Assembly: GCA_003426165.1 (NCBI GenBank)
Contig: QUAH01000006.1
Span: 134,685 to 198,684 of the forward strand
Reading direction: 5' to 3'
DNA length: 64,000 nt
Origin: Candidatus Saccharicenans subterraneus
GTDB taxonomy: Bacteria > Acidobacteriota > Aminicenantia > Aminicenantales > Saccharicenantaceae
The notes beneath the pieces were generated by a model. The model was not told where the DNA came from, searched no databases, and was given only the letters and a program-made list of their open reading frames with translations. The stretch's first letter is position 1. Each line of letters opens with the position of its first letter. Of the stretch, positions 33,953 to 46,730 are shown piece by piece. The position numbers were made by a program, and so were the translations under genes.

Positions 33953-36900
33953 CAATCTCCTTTGGTTGACTGGGGTATGGAAATGCCCCAGGGCAACGCT
34001 TCCTCTTTCTCGCCCTTAAGCAATTCAATGTTAAGGGACAATCCCTGTAGCTCACGGATGAGCACGTTGACCGACTCCGGCAGCCCGGGCTGGAAATCAA
34101 GGTCACCCTTGACGATGGCCTCATAAATCTTGGCCCGGCCTTCCACGTCGTCGGATTTCACGGTCAGGATTTCCTGCAGGGTGTAGGCAGCTCCGTAAGC
34201 TTCCAGGGCCCAGACTTCCATCTCCCCAAACCTCTGGCCGCCGAACTGGGCCTTGCCGCCCAGGGGCTGCTGGGTGATCAGGGAGTAAGGACCGGTGGAA
34301 CGGGCATGAATCTTGTCGTCCACCAGGTGGTAAAGCTTCATCATGTAGATGTAGCCGACGGTGACTTCCTGGTCAAACGGTTGCCCGGTCAGTCCATCGT
34401 ACAGCCGGACCTTGCCCGTTTCCGGCAAGCCGGCCTTCCTCAGCAATTCCTTGATCTCTTCTTCCTTGGCCCCGTCAAAAACCGGTGAGCTCAGCCACAG
34501 GTTCATTTTGCGGGCAGCCCAGCCGGCATGAGTCTCCAGGATCTGGCCCAGGTTCATACGGGAGGGAACGCCCAGGGGGTTGAGCACGATGTCCACCGGC
34601 GTTCCGTCCGGCAGGCGGGGCATGTCCTCTTCCGGAACTATCTTGGCGATAACGCCCTTGTTGCCGTGCCGCCCGGACATCTTGTCGCCGACCGACAGCC
34701 GTCTCTTCATGGCAATGAAGACCTTGATGGCCTGGATGACACCCGGAGAAAGCTCGTCGCCTTTCTTCAGGGTATCAACCTTCTCCTTGAACTCGGCCTT
34801 CAGGGCATCAATTTGCCGCTTGACCTTGCGGTCCAGGTCCCTGATCTTCTCATCCCGTTCGGCATCGGCCGGGAGCTTCAACTCCTCCAGGTCTTTCAGG
34901 TCGTCAAATTCCAGTATTTCCAGCAGCTTCTCGGTGAGCTTGGTACCCTTTTCTATGGTCCGCCCGTTGAGCTTGGCATTCTTGCCGACCACCTCGCCCT
35001 TGATCAGGTTCTTGATGCGGCGCCACTTTTCTTTTTCCAGGATTTCGATCTCATCTTCCAGGTTCCGCTTCATCTTGGCGATTTCTTCTTTTTCTATGGT
35101 CTTGGCCCGCTCGTTCTTTTCCTGGCCGCGCCTGGTGAAAATCCGGACATCGATTACCGTGCCCTCCACCCCGGGAGGACAGTACAGGGACGCATCCTTG
35201 ACGTCCAGCGCCTTTTCGCCAAAGATAGCCTTGAGCAGTTTCTCTTCGGGTGAGAGCTGGGTTTCACCCTTGGGGGCCACCTTGCCCACCAGGATATCGC
35301 CCGGCTTCACGTAGGCTCCGATCCTGACGATTCCGGTCTCATCCAGGTTGCGGAGCAGATTCTCCGAGACGTTGGGTATGTCGCGGGTGATTTCCTCGGG
35401 ACCGAGCTTGGTATCCCGGGCCTCTATCATTTCTTCCACGATATGAATCGAAGTGAAAACGTCTTCTTTTATCAACTTTTCGCTGACGATGATGGCATCC
35501 TCGAAGTTGTAGCCGCGCCAGGGCATGAAGGCACAGAGTATATTCCGGCCGAGAGCCATCTCCCCGCGGTCGGTGCAGGAACCGTCGGCCAGGATCTGGC
35601 CCTTGACCACGCGGTCTCCTTTCCGGACGATGGGTCTCTGGTTGATGCAGGTATTCTGGTTGGTCCGGAGGAACTTGGTCAGAAGGTAAAGGTCGGTGCC
35701 CAGGTCGTACAGGCTGTTTTCCTTTTCGTCAACCCTGACTATGATTCTTTCGGCATCGACAAATTCCACGACGCCGGAGCGCTCGCAGACCACCACGTCC
35801 CCGGACCCCTTGGCCACGATATGCTCGATGCCGGTTCCGATCAACGGGGCCTCCGGCTTTAGCAACGGCACCGCCTGGCGTTGCATGTTGGAACCCATCA
35901 GGGCCCGGTTGGCGTCGTCGTGCTCCAGGAAGGGAATCAGGGCGGCCGAGAGGGACACCAGCTGCTTGGGCGAAACGTCCATGAAATCAATTTCTTCCCG
36001 TGGCAGGATCCTGAAGTTGCCGCGGTCGCGGGCGCTGACCATTTCCTGCTTGATGTAGCCCCGGGAATCGATCTCCACGTTGGCCTGGGCGATCTTGTAA
36101 TTCTCTTCCTCCCAGGCGGTCAGGTAGAAAATATAAGGTTCATATACGGGCAGGTTCTTGGCTTTTTCTTCCTGTAGCCGGTTGACAGCTTTCTCCATTT
36201 CATCCTTGCGAACCAGCTGCCCCGGGCGGAAGCTGGTAGCCCCGGGGTGGATGACCTTGACATAATCCACCACCCGGCCTTTTTCCACCTTGCGATACGG
36301 AGTTTCTATGAAACCGTATTCATTTATCCTGGCATAGCAGCTAAGAGAGGCAATGAGACCAATGTTGGGACCTTCCGGGGTCTCGATCGGGCAGATTCTG
36401 CCGTAGTGCGAGGTCTGAATATCCCTGACCTCGAACCCGGCCCTTTCCCGGCTTAAACCGCCGGGTCCCAGAGCGCTTAACCTTCTCTTATGGGTCAGTT
36501 CGGCCAGGGTGTTAATCTGGTCCATGAACTGCGAAAGCTGGGAGCTACCAAAGAACTCTTTCAGGGCGGCGATGACCGGCTTGGAATTTATCAGGTCCTG
36601 GGGCATGGCCGAGGACAGGTCGGCGCTGATGGTCATTTTTTCCTTGATGGTCCGTTCCATTCGGGTCAGACCGATCCGGAAAGCGTTTTCCATCAACTCG
36701 CCCACCGGGCGGACCCGGCGGTTACCCAGGTGGTCGATGTCATCAACGGAGCCCTCACCGTTTTTCAACTTGAGCAGGTACTTGATCACCTGCACGTAAT
36801 CTTCCTTGGACAGTATTCGGTCTTTCGGGTCTTCCGGACCGGATTTCCTTTCGGTCTCCAGCAGGACGTCGCGCTGACCGCTGTCCAGACCGAGCTTGAT

Positions 36901-38289
36901 GTTGAATTTCAGGCGGCCAATCCTGGAGAAATTGAACTTCTGCGGGTTGAAAAACATGTTGTCAAAAAGGGCCTTGGCGCTTTCTTCGGTGTGCGGTTCT
37001 CCCGGCCTGAGCTTCTTGTAGATTTCACTCAGGGCCTGTTGCTGGTCCTTCTTCAGGTCCTTCTTCAGGGTGTTCAGGATCATCTGGGCGGCTTCATCTT
37101 CACCCGGGAAGAAGACCTCGAAAGGCTCGCCCCTGCTGGTCAGGATTTCCAGATGCTCGGCAGTCAGCTCCTCGCCGGACTTGACCTTCCCGCGGACGTT
37201 AACCAGAGAATAGGCCCCGTTGAGGTCCTGCCTGGTGGCCTTGATCCTGGTGACATTCTTTTCCCGCAGCTTGTTGATTAATTCCTGGTCCAGCCTGGTC
37301 CCGGCTTTGGCTACCGGAGACCTGGAGCTCTCGGGGCTGTAGACATCCTCGCGCAGAACCTTGCCCTCCAGGCTGTCGGTGAGTTTCCAGTACAGCTTCC
37401 CGTCCTCCGGAATCAGCTCGTAAGATTTGAAAAACAGCCGGATGATCTCCTCGTCCGAGCCGTAACCAAGGGCTCGCAGAAAGACAGTGGCCAGGAACTT
37501 CTTTTTCCGGTCCAGCCTGACCCAGAGGATGTTCTTGACATCATTTTCGAATTCCACCCAGGCTCCGCGGTAGGGAATGACCTTGCCCACGAACTGGCCT
37601 TTGATCTCTCCGGGCCGGAAAAATACCCCGGGTGACCTCTGCAACTGGCTGACCACCACCCTTTCCACTCCATTAAATATAAAGGTACCCTTGTCTGTCA
37701 TCAGCGGGATATTCCCGAAATAGACTTCCTGCTGCTTGATATGCTTCAGCCGACGGGTCTTGGTGGCCGGGTCTTTTTCCCAGGAAACAAGCTGAACTTT
37801 TAACTTCAGCGGGGCCTCGTAGGTGTACCCTTTCTGGATGCACTCCAGGGGGCTGTACTTTATTTTCAACCTGACCCTGTCCCCGCAGTACTCGCAGAGA
37901 GGCATCTCGATCTTCCTGTGCTCCCCGCAATAAGGACAGACTCTCTTTTCCTGAAGAGCTACCTCGGAAGGAAGCAACGCCCCGCACGACTGGCAGCGCG
38001 GCCGGGAGTTTTCCACGCCCTTCAGGCGGCCGCACCTGCATTCCCAATCGCCGATGGTGTAGCTGATAAATTGCAGCTCGGTGGTTTCCTTGAAATCGGT
38101 AATGGGAAAGACATCCTTGAAGGCGGCCTGCAGGCCCACATCCTTTCTCTCATCCGGCAACAGGTCCATCTGCAGGAACTCGTCGTAAGACTTTCGCTGA
38201 ATTTCGAGAAGGTCGGGCAGTTCAAAGACCGTCTTGATTTTAGAAAAATCGACTCTTTCCCGATAGATATGATGGTTTTGATCAAGCAT
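33952..38289 (-). CDS. rpoB: RNA polymerase beta subunit
   Basis: [52 protein letters not shown]. Confidence 0.98.
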   Translation of the reverse strand: MLDQNHHIYRERVDFSKIKTVFELPDLLEIQRKSYDEFLQMDLLPDERKDVGLQAAFKDVFPITDFKETTELQFISYTIGDWECRCGRLKGVENSRPRCQSCGALLPSEVALQEKRVCPYCGEHRKIEMPLCEYCGDRVRLKIKYSPLECIQKGYTYEAPLKLKVQLVSWEKDPATKTRRLKHIKQQEVYFGNIPLMTDKGTFIFNGVERVVVSQLQRSPGVFFRPGEIKGQFVGKVIPYRGAWVEFENDVKNILWVRLDRKKKFLATVFLRALGYGSDEEIIRLFFKSYELIPEDGKLYWKLTDSLEGKVLREDVYSPESSRSPVAKAGTRLDQELINKLREKNVTRIKATRQDLNGAYSLVNVRGKVKSGEELTAEHLEILTSRGEPFEVFFPGEDEAAQMILNTLKKDLKKDQQQALSEIYKKLRPGEPHTEESAKALFDNMFFNPQKFNFSRIGRLKFNIKLGLDSGQRDVLLETERKSGPEDPKDRILSKEDYVQVIKYLLKLKNGEGSVDDIDHLGNRRVRPVGELMENAFRIGLTRMERTIKEKMTISADLSSAMPQDLINSKPVIAALKEFFGSSQLSQFMDQINTLAELTHKRRLSALGPGGLSRERAGFEVRDIQTSHYGRICPIETPEGPNIGLIASLSCYARINEYGFIETPYRKVEKGRVVDYVKVIHPGATSFRPGQLVRKDEMEKAVNRLQEEKAKNLPVYEPYIFYLTAWEEENYKIAQANVEIDSRGYIKQEMVSARDRGNFRILPREEIDFMDVSPKQLVSLSAALIPFLEHDDANRALMGSNMQRQAVPLLKPEAPLIGTGIEHIVAKGSGDVVVCERSGVVEFVDAERIIVRVDEKENSLYDLGTDLYLLTKFLRTNQNTCINQRPIVRKGDRVVKGQILADGSCTDRGEMALGRNILCAFMPWRGYNFEDAIIVSEKLIKEDVFTSIHIVEEMIEARDTKLGPEEITRDIPNVSENLLRNLDETGIVRIGAYVKPGDILVGKVAPKGETQLSPEEKLLKAIFGEKALDVKDASLYCPPGVEGTVIDVRIFTRRGQEKNERAKTIEKEEIAKMKRNLEDEIEILEKEKWRRIKNLIKGEVVGKNAKLNGRTIEKGTKLTEKLLEILEFDDLKDLEELKLPADAERDEKIRDLDRKVKRQIDALKAEFKEKVDTLKKGDELSPGVIQAIKVFIAMKRRLSVGDKMSGRHGNKGVIAKIVPEEDMPRLPDGTPVDIVLNPLGVPSRMNLGQILETHAGWAARKMNLWLSSPVFDGAKEEEIKELLRKAGLPETGKVRLYDGLTGQPFDQEVTVGYIYMMKLYHLVDDKIHARSTGPYSLITQQPLGGKAQFGGQRFGEMEVWALEAYGAAYTLQEILTVKSDDVEGRAKIYEAIVKGDLDFQPGLPESVNVLIRELQGLSLNIELLKGEKEEALPWGISIPQSTKGD

Positions 38290-38361
38290 GGTAGCTCTCT
38301 AAAAAAAGAGTTTGATAGTTTTTGTTTTCTATCATTAAAAAAATAATTTTTTTACCAAGGG

Positions 38362-38760
38362 TTACTGTATTTCGACTGTGGCTCCGACCTCGGCAAATTT
38401 GGCCTTGATGGCCTCGGCTTCGTCCTTGGTAACGCCTTCTTTCAGGGTCTTGGGCACGCCGTCCACAAAATCCTTGGCTTCTTTCAGGCCCAGGTTGGTG
38501 ACTTCACGCACCACCTTAATTACCTGGATTTTCTGGCTGCCAACATCCTTCAGGATGACGTTGAAAGAAGTCTTCTCTTCCACCGGCTTGGCCTCAGCCT
38601 GAGCCGCGCCTCCGCCGGCCATCATAACTGGGGCGGCCATGGCCGCGCTGATCCCATAGCGGGTCTCAAACTCTTTGATGTAGTCAACGAGTTCCAGGAC
38701 GGTCAGGTTGTCAAGATGGGCGAAAAACTGTTCCTTGGTGAGTTTTTCTTGTTTTTCCAT
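38362..38760 (-). CDS. rplL: 50S ribosomal protein L7/L12
   Basis: [26 protein letters not shown]. Confidence 0.97.
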   Translation of the reverse strand: MEKQEKLTKEQFFAHLDNLTVLELVDYIKEFETRYGISAAMAAPVMMAGGGAAQAEAKPVEEKTSFNVILKDVGSQKIQVIKVVREVTNLGLKEAKDFVDGVPKTLKEGVTKDEAEAIKAKFAEVGATVEIQ

Positions 38761-38806
38761 TGGTCTCTCCTCTCCTTTACTTGAGCTTAGTTCAAGGGAT
38801 ATTCCC

Positions 38807-39322
38807 TCAACTCTCTTTTTTATCCTTGAGGACGCTCAACAACCTACCCATGTTAACCAGGGGAGTTTGCAGGGTTCTCAAGAACTGAGTTAACGGGTAC
38901 GACATCAAATACCCGATTCTGGCCACTAAATCCATTCTGGAATTCAGCTTGATGATTTCGCCGAACATGTCGGGGGCCAGGTAATGGCCTTCCACCACCC
39001 CGGCTTTAATCTCCAGCACCTTGCCCCGGTCGGAAAACTCCTGGAGGAGCTTGGCCAGGGCGATGGGATCGCTGTCGGTAAAGGCCAGGGCATTATTTTT
39101 CTGGAAGTACGGCTTGAGCTCCGGGAAACGCTGCCCGATGGCCTTGAGGGCCAGCCGATTCTTGACCACTTTCAGCCGGAAGTTGTTGCGCTTCAGGAGC
39201 TTCCTGAGTTCCACCATCTTCCAGACAGGCATCTGCTTGTAATCCACCAGATACCAGGTCTGGTTCTTATTAAGGGACTCTTCCAGTTCCTGGACGATCT
39301 TATACTTGGTCTCTTTTTTCAC
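38807..39322 (-). CDS. rplJ: 50S ribosomal protein L10
   Basis: DY..M...[11 protein letters not shown]; lies between rplA and rplL. Confidence 0.93.
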   Translation of the reverse strand: MKKETKYKIVQELEESLNKNQTWYLVDYKQMPVWKMVELRKLLKRNNFRLKVVKNRLALKAIGQRFPELKPYFQKNNALAFTDSDPIALAKLLQEFSDRGKVLEIKAGVVEGHYLAPDMFGEIIKLNSRMDLVARIGYLMSYPLTQFLRTLQTPLVNMGRLLSVLKDKKES

Positions 39323-39332
39323 CGTCAGACTC

Positions 39333-40028
39333 CTATTTCTCTAAGATCTCTTCTGAAAGCTTGAAGGACGGCCCCATGGTTGAAGAAACGAACATCGACC
39401 TGATGTACTTGCCCTTGGCGGCCGGGGGCTTGGCCTGGATCACCGCCTGGAGGAAGGCCCTGATGTTCTCCACCAGCTTCTCTTCAGGGAAGGAAACCTT
39501 GCCCACGGCAGCGTGAACTATCCCGGTCTTGTCCACCCGGAATTCAACCTTCCCGGCCTTGGTTTCCTCGATGGCCTTTTTCACGTCGAAGGTCACGGTC
39601 CCGGCCTTGGGGTTGGGCATCAGGCCCTTGGTGCCCAGGATTCTTCCCAGCTTGCCCACGCTTCGCATCATATCCGGGGTGGCAATGACCACGTCAAAGT
39701 CAATCCAGCCACCGGAAATCTTCTCGATGATATCGTCGCCGCCCACATAATCGGCCCCGGCTTCCTCGGCTTCCTTGATCTTCTCGCCGGAAGCAATGAC
39801 GCAGATTTTCTTGGTCTTACCGGTGCCGTGGGGCAGGACCACTGTTCCCCGGACCATCTGGTCCGAATACTTGGGATTCACTCCGAGACGGAGGGCCACG
39901 TCCACCGACTCATCGAACTTGGCGTACTTGGCTTCTTTGAGCAGATGAACGGCTTCCTCAATGGTGTATTCTTTCGTCTCTTCCTTCAGGGCTCTGGCCT
40001 TTAAGTAATTCTTACCACGTTTACTCAC
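39333..40028 (-). CDS. rplA: 50S ribosomal protein L1
   Basis: [35 protein letters not shown]. Confidence 0.98.
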   Translation of the reverse strand: MSKRGKNYLKARALKEETKEYTIEEAVHLLKEAKYAKFDESVDVALRLGVNPKYSDQMVRGTVVLPHGTGKTKKICVIASGEKIKEAEEAGADYVGGDDIIEKISGGWIDFDVVIATPDMMRSVGKLGRILGTKGLMPNPKAGTVTFDVKKAIEETKAGKVEFRVDKTGIVHAAVGKVSFPEEKLVENIRAFLQAVIQAKPPAAKGKYIRSMFVSSTMGPSFKLSEEILEK

Positions 40029-40452
40029 TGACGATCTCCAATCCCATATTTTTGGCAGTTCCTTCTATGGAGCGGATGGCTGCTTCCAGGTCGTCGGTGT
40101 TCAGGTCTGGAAGCTTGATCCGGGCAATTTCTTCGATCTGTTTGCGGGTTACCTTACCCACCTTGTCCTTGTTGGGAGCACTGGACCCCTTGGCAATGCC
40201 GGCGGCTTTCTTCAGCAGGAACGAAGCCGGCGGGGTCTTGATGACGAAGGTAAAGCTGCGGTCCTTGAAAACCGTCACCAACACCGGAACGATGGTGCCT
40301 TCCTCCATGTTCTTGGTCCGGTCGTTGAACTGCCGGACAAAATCCATTAAATTGACGCCGTGGGGAGCCAGTGAGGGACCTACCGGGGGAGCCGGACTGG
40401 CCTGTCCGGCTACGATCTGCAATTTTACTTTGGCCACGACTTCCTTAGACAT
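40021..40452 (-). CDS. rplK: 50S ribosomal protein L11
   Basis: [25 protein letters not shown]. Confidence 0.98.
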   Translation of the reverse strand: MSKEVVAKVKLQIVAGQASPAPPVGPSLAPHGVNLMDFVRQFNDRTKNMEEGTIVPVLVTVFKDRSFTFVIKTPPASFLLKKAAGIAKGSSAPNKDKVGKVTRKQIEEIARIKLPDLNTDDLEAAIRSIEGTAKNMGLEIVSE

Positions 40453-40461
40453 TTCTTCCTC

Positions 40462-40992
40462 CTAGATTTTCTCCACCTGCAGGAACTCCAGTTCCACCGG
40501 AGTGGATCGGCCGAAGATTGTCACCATGACCTTCAGGGTGTTGCGTTCGTGATTGACCTCTTCGACTATGCCGTTAAAATTGTAAAAGGGCCCATCGATG
40601 ATACGGACCGCCTCGCCCTTTTCAAAGGTATGCTTGGGCTTCGGCTTCTCCGAGGTGACTTCCATGTGATGGATGATCTTGTTGACCTCTTCCGGGCTGA
40701 GCGGAGTGGGCTTGCGACCGGAACCGACAAACCCGGTGACCTTGGGAATCTGGCGAATCATCAACCAGGTCTCGTCGTTCATCTCCATTTCCACCAGGAT
40801 GTAACCCGGGTAAGGCTTCTTGGTGGTAACGACCTTTTTACCGCCCCTGATCTCAACCACATCCTCGGTCGGGATGACGATCTGGCCAATGTTATCCTCC
40901 AACTTCATCTCTGCGGCTTTCAGACGGATAGATTCGGCCACGAAATTCTCGAAGCCTGAATAGGTGTGAATTACATACCAGTTCTTGGCCAT
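40462..40992 (-). CDS. nusG: Transcription termination/antitermination factor NusG
   Basis: WYVIHTYSG.E, PGYILVEM, VTGFVG, IFGRSTPVEL. Confidence 0.98.
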   Translation of the reverse strand: MAKNWYVIHTYSGFENFVAESIRLKAAEMKLEDNIGQIVIPTEDVVEIRGGKKVVTTKKPYPGYILVEMEMNDETWLMIRQIPKVTGFVGSGRKPTPLSPEEVNKIIHHMEVTSEKPKPKHTFEKGEAVRIIDGPFYNFNGIVEEVNHERNTLKVMVTIFGRSTPVELEFLQVEKI

Positions 40993-41005
40993 TTAAATCC
41001 CTGCT

Positions 41006-41218
41006 TTATCCAAAAAATGTTTTGACCTGAGCGATCAGCCAGGAAAACACGACGTCGACAAAAAACAGATAGATGCCGAAGAAAAACACGGCAATGATGA
41101 CGATGATGGTCGTACCGTAAACCTCCTGCTTGGCCGGCCAGGTGACCTTCTTGAGTTCGGACCTGACGTCCTTCAAAAAGTTTACGAATCGTTTGTGCCA
41201 GGGCAGTTTGTCGTTCAT
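41006..41218 (-). CDS. secE: Preprotein translocase SecE
   Basis: ELKKVTWP followed by a single TM helix. Confidence 0.96.
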   Translation of the reverse strand: MNDKLPWHKRFVNFLKDVRSELKKVTWPAKQEVYGTTIIVIIAVFFFGIYLFFVDVVFSWLIAQVKTFFG

Positions 41219-41248
41219 GTTACCTACGCCTTTATCTCATCCTGATAC

Positions 41249-41325
41249 TGGCGGGTGAGGCAGGACTCGAACCCGCAGCCTGCGGTTTTGGAGACCGCTG
41301 CTCTAGCCAATTGAGCTACTCACCC
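41249..41325 (-). tRNA. tRNA-Trp(CCA), 3' CCA encoded
   Basis: Acceptor stem GGGTGAG/CTCACCC; anticodon arm GCGGT-CTCCAAA-ACCGC; GGTTCGAGTCC T-arm. Confidence 0.95.
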
Positions 41326-41341
41326 TCAGTCCGGTCAGTCA

Positions 41342-41491
41342 TTATTTAACTTCTTTGTGAAGAGTATGCTTGCGACAGAACGGGCAGAACTTCTTGATTT
41401 CCAGCCGTTCCGTCTGCTTCTTCTTGTTTCTGGTGGTAGTGTAATTCCGTCGCTTACAATCCGAGCACTGAAGAGTAATTATTTCCCGCAT
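41342..41491 (-). CDS. rpmG: 50S ribosomal protein L33 (not in ORF track)
   Basis: Hand-translated: [49 protein letters not shown]. Confidence 0.96.
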   Translation of the reverse strand: MREIITLQCSDCKRRNYTTTRNKKKQTERLEIKKFCPFCRKHTLHKEVK

Positions 41492-41541
41492 CTCGCTATT
41501 TCCTTAATGCTTAGTTCAACTAACAGCCGGGGAATGCAGTT

Positions 41542-42744
<1,203 letters not shown>

Positions 42745-42784
42745 CTCTTTTACCTCCTAGGAGCCAGGCAAAAATTTTTATAAA

Positions 42785-42857
42785 AGCCCAAGACCAGATT
42801 TGAACTGGTGACCCCGTCCTTACCAAGGACGTGCTCTGCCAACTGAGCTACTTGGGC
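42785..42857 (-). tRNA. tRNA-Thr(GGT)
   Basis: GCCCAAG acceptor; anticodon arm CGTCC-TTGGTAA-GGACG; no encoded CCA. Confidence 0.93.
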
Positions 42858-42876
42858 TTAACTTCATTTCTTAGAA

Positions 42877-42949
<73 letters not shown>

Positions 42950-42957
42950 ATCAAAAA

Positions 42958-43040
42958 TGGGCAGGGAAGGATTCGAACCTCCGAAGCGTTTCCGCAGCGG
43001 GTTTACAGCCCGCCCCATTTGGCCACTTTGGTACCTGCCC
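42958..43040 (-). tRNA. tRNA-Tyr(GTA)
   Basis: GGGCAGG acceptor; anticodon arm GCGGG-CTGTAAA-CCCGC; long variable arm; no encoded CCA tail after discriminator. Confidence 0.93.
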
Positions 43041-43083
43041 ATACCAGTCTTCCCTATCAGGCCAGGCCTGCTCTCTATTTCTG

Positions 43084-43156
43084 AGCCAGCGAAGGGATTC
43101 GAACCCCCGACCCGCTGATTACAAATCAGCTGCTCTACCGGCTGAGCTACGCTGGC
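43084..43156 (-). tRNA. tRNA-Thr(TGT)
   Basis: GCCAGCG acceptor; anticodon arm CTGAT-TTGTAA-TCAG; GGTTCGAATCC; no encoded CCA. Confidence 0.94.
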
Positions 43157-43259
43157 AATCATGCACAAATCGGAAATTTTCCTTAATTTTTCAAAAAATC
43201 TTCTGTACTTCTGTTTTTAATTGAAAAAAGTTAAATTGAGATATAAATTTACAACGGGA

Positions 43260-43288
43260 ATACTAACTTAATTTAATCTTTTTGTCAA
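43260..43288 (-). promoter_or_regulatory. sigma70-type promoter of the tRNA-tuf operon
   Basis: Minus strand TTGACA-17 nt-TAGTAT in an AT-rich region about 100 nt upstream of tRNA-Thr(TGT). Confidence 0.65.
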
Positions 43289-43302
43289 GATACGGAAGAT
43301 AT

Positions 43303-43803
43303 TTATTTAATTTTTTGACCGGGTTGCCTTAACCGCTGGGCTCTTTCCATGAGTCCCCGGTTAAATTCCAGGCTGAATATAATATACCTGGCCTTCTGGA
43401 CCGGTGTCAAGCGGCTGAAGAGGAAATCCTCAAAAGCCTGCTCCCTGGCCTGGATATTATGCCTTAATTCCCTGATTTTCTGAACCCCGGCTTCAAACTC
43501 TTCATCAGTAGATTTTCCTGAATCAATCTTCTGCCTTAGATTCCTGATCTCCAGGGCCAGCTGCCTCTGCAACTCGGCTTTCTCTTTTTCTGCCCGGTTA
43601 AGCTCTGGAAAGATCATCGCCGTTTGCTGCTCGGTGAGCTCCAGCACCTGGGTCATGCGCAGAGCCCTCAGCGTTACCAGGTTTCGCCTGAGATTCCCCT
43701 GTTGCATCTGGCCGCGGGGCTCCTGCCCGCTGGCCTTTTGCCCGGCCAATAAGAAGATTAAGTTCAGCCCTATAAGAGTTATGAGCAATATTTTTTTAAT
43801 CAT
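43303..43803 (-). CDS. Exported Spy/CpxP-like (LTxxQ) helical protein
   Basis: Signal peptide; two LTxxQ motifs (LTEQQ, LTPVQ); coiled-coil composition. Confidence 0.65.
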   Translation of the reverse strand: MIKKILLITLIGLNLIFLLAGQKASGQEPRGQMQQGNLRRNLVTLRALRMTQVLELTEQQTAMIFPELNRAEKEKAELQRQLALEIRNLRQKIDSGKSTDEEFEAGVQKIRELRHNIQAREQAFEDFLFSRLTPVQKARYIIFSLEFNRGLMERAQRLRQPGQKIK

Positions 43804-44402
43804 AGTCCCTCCGATAAGCCACTTTTTTCTGTTAGTAAATTTATATTAACATCATTGTCAATAGTTTGCTCTTGGTAATCTTCCGGGTATGTCAGCTCTT
43901 CTAAATTCAGGTCCTTTACTTCTTCAAAAATACTGTTAAGAATCTCCTCGTTATATACTTCGTTCAACCTTTCATCGCTATTCAGGGTCTGGGTCAGAGC
44001 AAGGTAAGAATCCTCGAAAGACATCAGGGAAGCCAGGTCCAGGTTCTGATCCCTTTCCGCCGGCCTGTTGAAAACAAGAAGATAAAGAGCCACCATCACC
44101 AGAAAAGCTCCGGCGGCCAAGGCCGGGGCTAATTTCAGGCCCCAGCTCCTGGGCTTGTGAGTCCTTTTTTCAGCTTCGACCCTGACCAGGCGCTCCCTGA
44201 GCTCCCCTTCCAGGACTGCCAGGTTTTCAGGCTCCACGGCCGGGAGCTTTCTGATTTCTGCCTCTATCCCCTTCAATTCTTCTTCATAAAGACGGCAGGC
44301 CCGGCAGGTTTTAAGGTGGGTTTCCAATTTTTTCTGACTGGCCGGAGACAGCGATCCGTCCATCCTGTCAGATATCAATTTTTGATAGTGCGTGCACTTC
44401 AT
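43800..44402 (-). CDS. Zinc-finger (zf-HC2) transmembrane anti-sigma factor
   Basis: MKC...HLKTCRAC motif, one TM helix, directly downstream of an ECF sigma gene. Confidence 0.85.
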   Translation of the reverse strand: MKCTHYQKLISDRMDGSLSPASQKKLETHLKTCRACRLYEEELKGIEAEIRKLPAVEPENLAVLEGELRERLVRVEAEKRTHKPRSWGLKLAPALAAGAFLVMVALYLLVFNRPAERDQNLDLASLMSFEDSYLALTQTLNSDERLNEVYNEEILNSIFEEVKDLNLEELTYPEDYQEQTIDNDVNINLLTEKSGLSEGL

Positions 44403-44403
44403 C

Positions 44404-44985
44404 TCATACCTCTCTGGCCCGGTCCAGATATGGCCTCATCTTTTCCCTGAGCATTTTCCTGGCCTCGTGTATCTTCCAGGAAACCGTCCCCTCCGAGCAG
44501 CCAAGCACTTGGGCCGCCTCGGAATGACTCAGGCCCTGGAACACCACCAGGGTAAAGGCCAGTTTGTAATCCGCCGGAAGCCCGGCCAGGGCTTGTTCCA
44601 GTCCGGTTCTGAATTCCTCTCCCATCAACGTCTCTTCAGGAGAAGCGGCCACGGCCAGACCGGATTCGGTCGTATCTATTTCATCCAGGTACTCCATCTT
44701 CCCTTTTTCCCGGCCCGATCTTTGAAGAAAATTCAACGTCTCGTTGACCGCAATCCTGTACAGCCAGGTATGAAATCCGGACCTGGCCTTAAACTTCTTC
44801 AGCCCGGTGTAGGCCTTGAGCATGGTTTCCTGCATCAGGTCGGCGGCATCTTCGCGGTTCCCGGTCATCCGGTAAATCAACCGGTAAATCGGGACCTGGT
44901 AAGTCCTGATCAAGGCCATAAAAGCTTCCACCTCACCCCGACGGGCCCGGTTAACCAGATCCAGTTCCTGCTCTCTGTCTATCAT
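44404..44985 (-). CDS. ECF-type RNA polymerase sigma-70 factor
   Basis: DAADLMQE, FHTWLYRIAVN; region 4 GLSHSEAAQVLGCSEGTV. Confidence 0.93.
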   Translation of the reverse strand: MIDREQELDLVNRARRGEVEAFMALIRTYQVPIYRLIYRMTGNREDAADLMQETMLKAYTGLKKFKARSGFHTWLYRIAVNETLNFLQRSGREKGKMEYLDEIDTTESGLAVAASPEETLMGEEFRTGLEQALAGLPADYKLAFTLVVFQGLSHSEAAQVLGCSEGTVSWKIHEARKMLREKMRPYLDRAREV

Positions 44986-45109
44986 CCGACCACAGTCAAG
45001 TTTAACCCGCCCGTCGCCCTCAGTTCAAGACAGCTTCAAACCTTCAATAATTTAGACAGATTCCAGCTAAGAATCTTGGCGATTCGGCACATTTTTATAC
45101 CATTTTAAA

Positions 45110-45138
45110 TTGACTTAAAAAAAGCTAATTGGTAATAT
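45110..45138 (+). promoter_or_regulatory. Putative sigma70 promoter of the pur operon
   Basis: TTGACT-17 nt-TAATAT with TG extension, about 30 nt upstream of purB. Confidence 0.55.
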
Positions 45139-45169
45139 GATTTGTCAATTCGGGTAAAAGGAACTGCTA

Positions 45170-46462
45170 ATGATCGAAAGATACACCCTGCCTGAAATGG
45201 GGGCCATCTGGTCCGAAGAAAACAGGTACCGTAAATGGCTGGAAGTGGAGCTGGCCGTCTGCCAGGCCTGGGCCCGACTGGGCAAGATCCCACCCAAATC
45301 GCTGGAAAACATCAGGAAAAAAGCTGCTTTTTCCGTCCAGCGTATCGAAGAAATAGAAAAGGTGGTCAAACACGATGTAATCGCCTTTCTGACTTCGGTG
45401 GCCGAATACATCGGTGATGATTCTCGCTTTGTTCATATGGGCCTGACCTCATACGATGTCGTTGACACCGCCCTGTCGCTGCTGATGGTCGAATCCCTCG
45501 ACCGGGTGGAAAAAAGGCTCCTGGAACTCAGGAAAATTTTGAAAAAAAAGGCCCTCAAGTACAAGAAGACACCGTGTATCGGTCGGACGCACGGTGTCCA
45601 TGCCGAACCCATCACCTTCGGCTTCAAGATCCTGGTCTGGTACGAGGAAACCAACCGCCACCTGAAAAGGCTTAAGGCCGCCAGGGAAACCATCAGCGTC
45701 GGCCGGATTGCCGGCTCGGTCGGCACCTACATTCATCTCGACCCCAGGGTGGAAAAATATGCCCTCAAATCACTCGGTTTGAAACCGGCTCCGGTCTCAA
45801 CCCAGGTGCTGCAGCGTGACCGCCACGCCGAGGTGATGAGCTGCCTGGCCCTCATTGTAACCTCCCTGGAAAAGTTTGCCCTGGAAATCAGGCATCTTCA
45901 GAAAACCGAAGTCCTGGAGGTTGAGGAGCCCTTTACCCGCGGCCAGAAAGGTTCCTCGGCCATGCCCCACAAGAGAAACCCGGTGCGCTGTGAGCGGGTA
46001 GCCGGCCTGGCCAGGATTGTTCGCGGGAACCTCCAGGTGGCCCTGGAAAACATACCGCTCTGGCACGAACGGGACATTTCCCACTCTTCGGCTGAAAGGG
46101 TTATCTTCCCCGATTCGTTCATCCTGACCGATTATTTGCTTAAAGAGATGGCCGAAATAATTGGCAACTGGCACGTCTACCCGGCCAGAATGATGCAGAA
46201 TATCCAGGCCACCAGGGGCCTGATCTTTTCCCAGGCGGTGATGCTGGCCCTGACCCGGAAGGGTCTGAGCCGGGAGGAAGCTTACCGGCTGGTGCAGGCT
46301 TGCAGCCTGAAGGCCTGGCAGGAAAACCTGGATTTCAGGGAGCTGGTTTCTTCGGACCCGGAAATAACCCGCCATCTCTCGCCCAGGGAAATCGAATCCT
46401 GTTTTTCTCTCGAGCCGTATCTTCAGAAAATAGACTTCATCTTTGAAAGGGTTCTGCGATGA
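45170..46462 (+). CDS. purB: Adenylosuccinate lyase
   Basis: MIERY, HDVIAF, GRTHGVHAEP, GSSAMPHKRNP, HERDISHSS.ER. Confidence 0.97.
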   Translation: MIERYTLPEMGAIWSEENRYRKWLEVELAVCQAWARLGKIPPKSLENIRKKAAFSVQRIEEIEKVVKHDVIAFLTSVAEYIGDDSRFVHMGLTSYDVVDTALSLLMVESLDRVEKRLLELRKILKKKALKYKKTPCIGRTHGVHAEPITFGFKILVWYEETNRHLKRLKAARETISVGRIAGSVGTYIHLDPRVEKYALKSLGLKPAPVSTQVLQRDRHAEVMSCLALIVTSLEKFALEIRHLQKTEVLEVEEPFTRGQKGSSAMPHKRNPVRCERVAGLARIVRGNLQVALENIPLWHERDISHSSAERVIFPDSFILTDYLLKEMAEIIGNWHVYPARMMQNIQATRGLIFSQAVMLALTRKGLSREEAYRLVQACSLKAWQENLDFRELVSSDPEITRHLSPREIESCFSLEPYLQKIDFIFERVLR

Positions 46463-46704
46463 AAGTTAGAATTCTGGTCTCGCTCAAGGAAAGCGTTCTT
46501 GACCCTCAGGGACAGACGGTACGAAACGCCCTGCACACCCTGGGCTATCACCAGGTCAAAGATGTTCGCCAGGGAAAGGTGTTTGAAATCGACCTGGAAG
46601 GCCTGGACCGGGCTGAAGTCGAGAAGGTAATCCCGGAAATTGCCGACCGGGTGCTGGCCAATCCCATCATCGAAAAATTCAGCTGGGAAATACTGGAGGC
46701 CTGA
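46459..46704 (+). CDS. purS: FGAM synthase subunit PurS
   Basis: LDPQG, VRQGK, LANPIIE. Confidence 0.95.
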   Translation: MKVRILVSLKESVLDPQGQTVRNALHTLGYHQVKDVRQGKVFEIDLEGLDRAEVEKVIPEIADRVLANPIIEKFSWEILEA

Positions 46705-46730
46705 AGGCCCGGCGGAGAAAGGATCCAAAG

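Noticed and set aside
11647-41491. Zn-ribbon (C+) forms of S4, S14, L33, L36 and Cys-rich L24/Adk LID
   Set aside because: Common ancestral state in many anaerobes and thermophiles; not unusual
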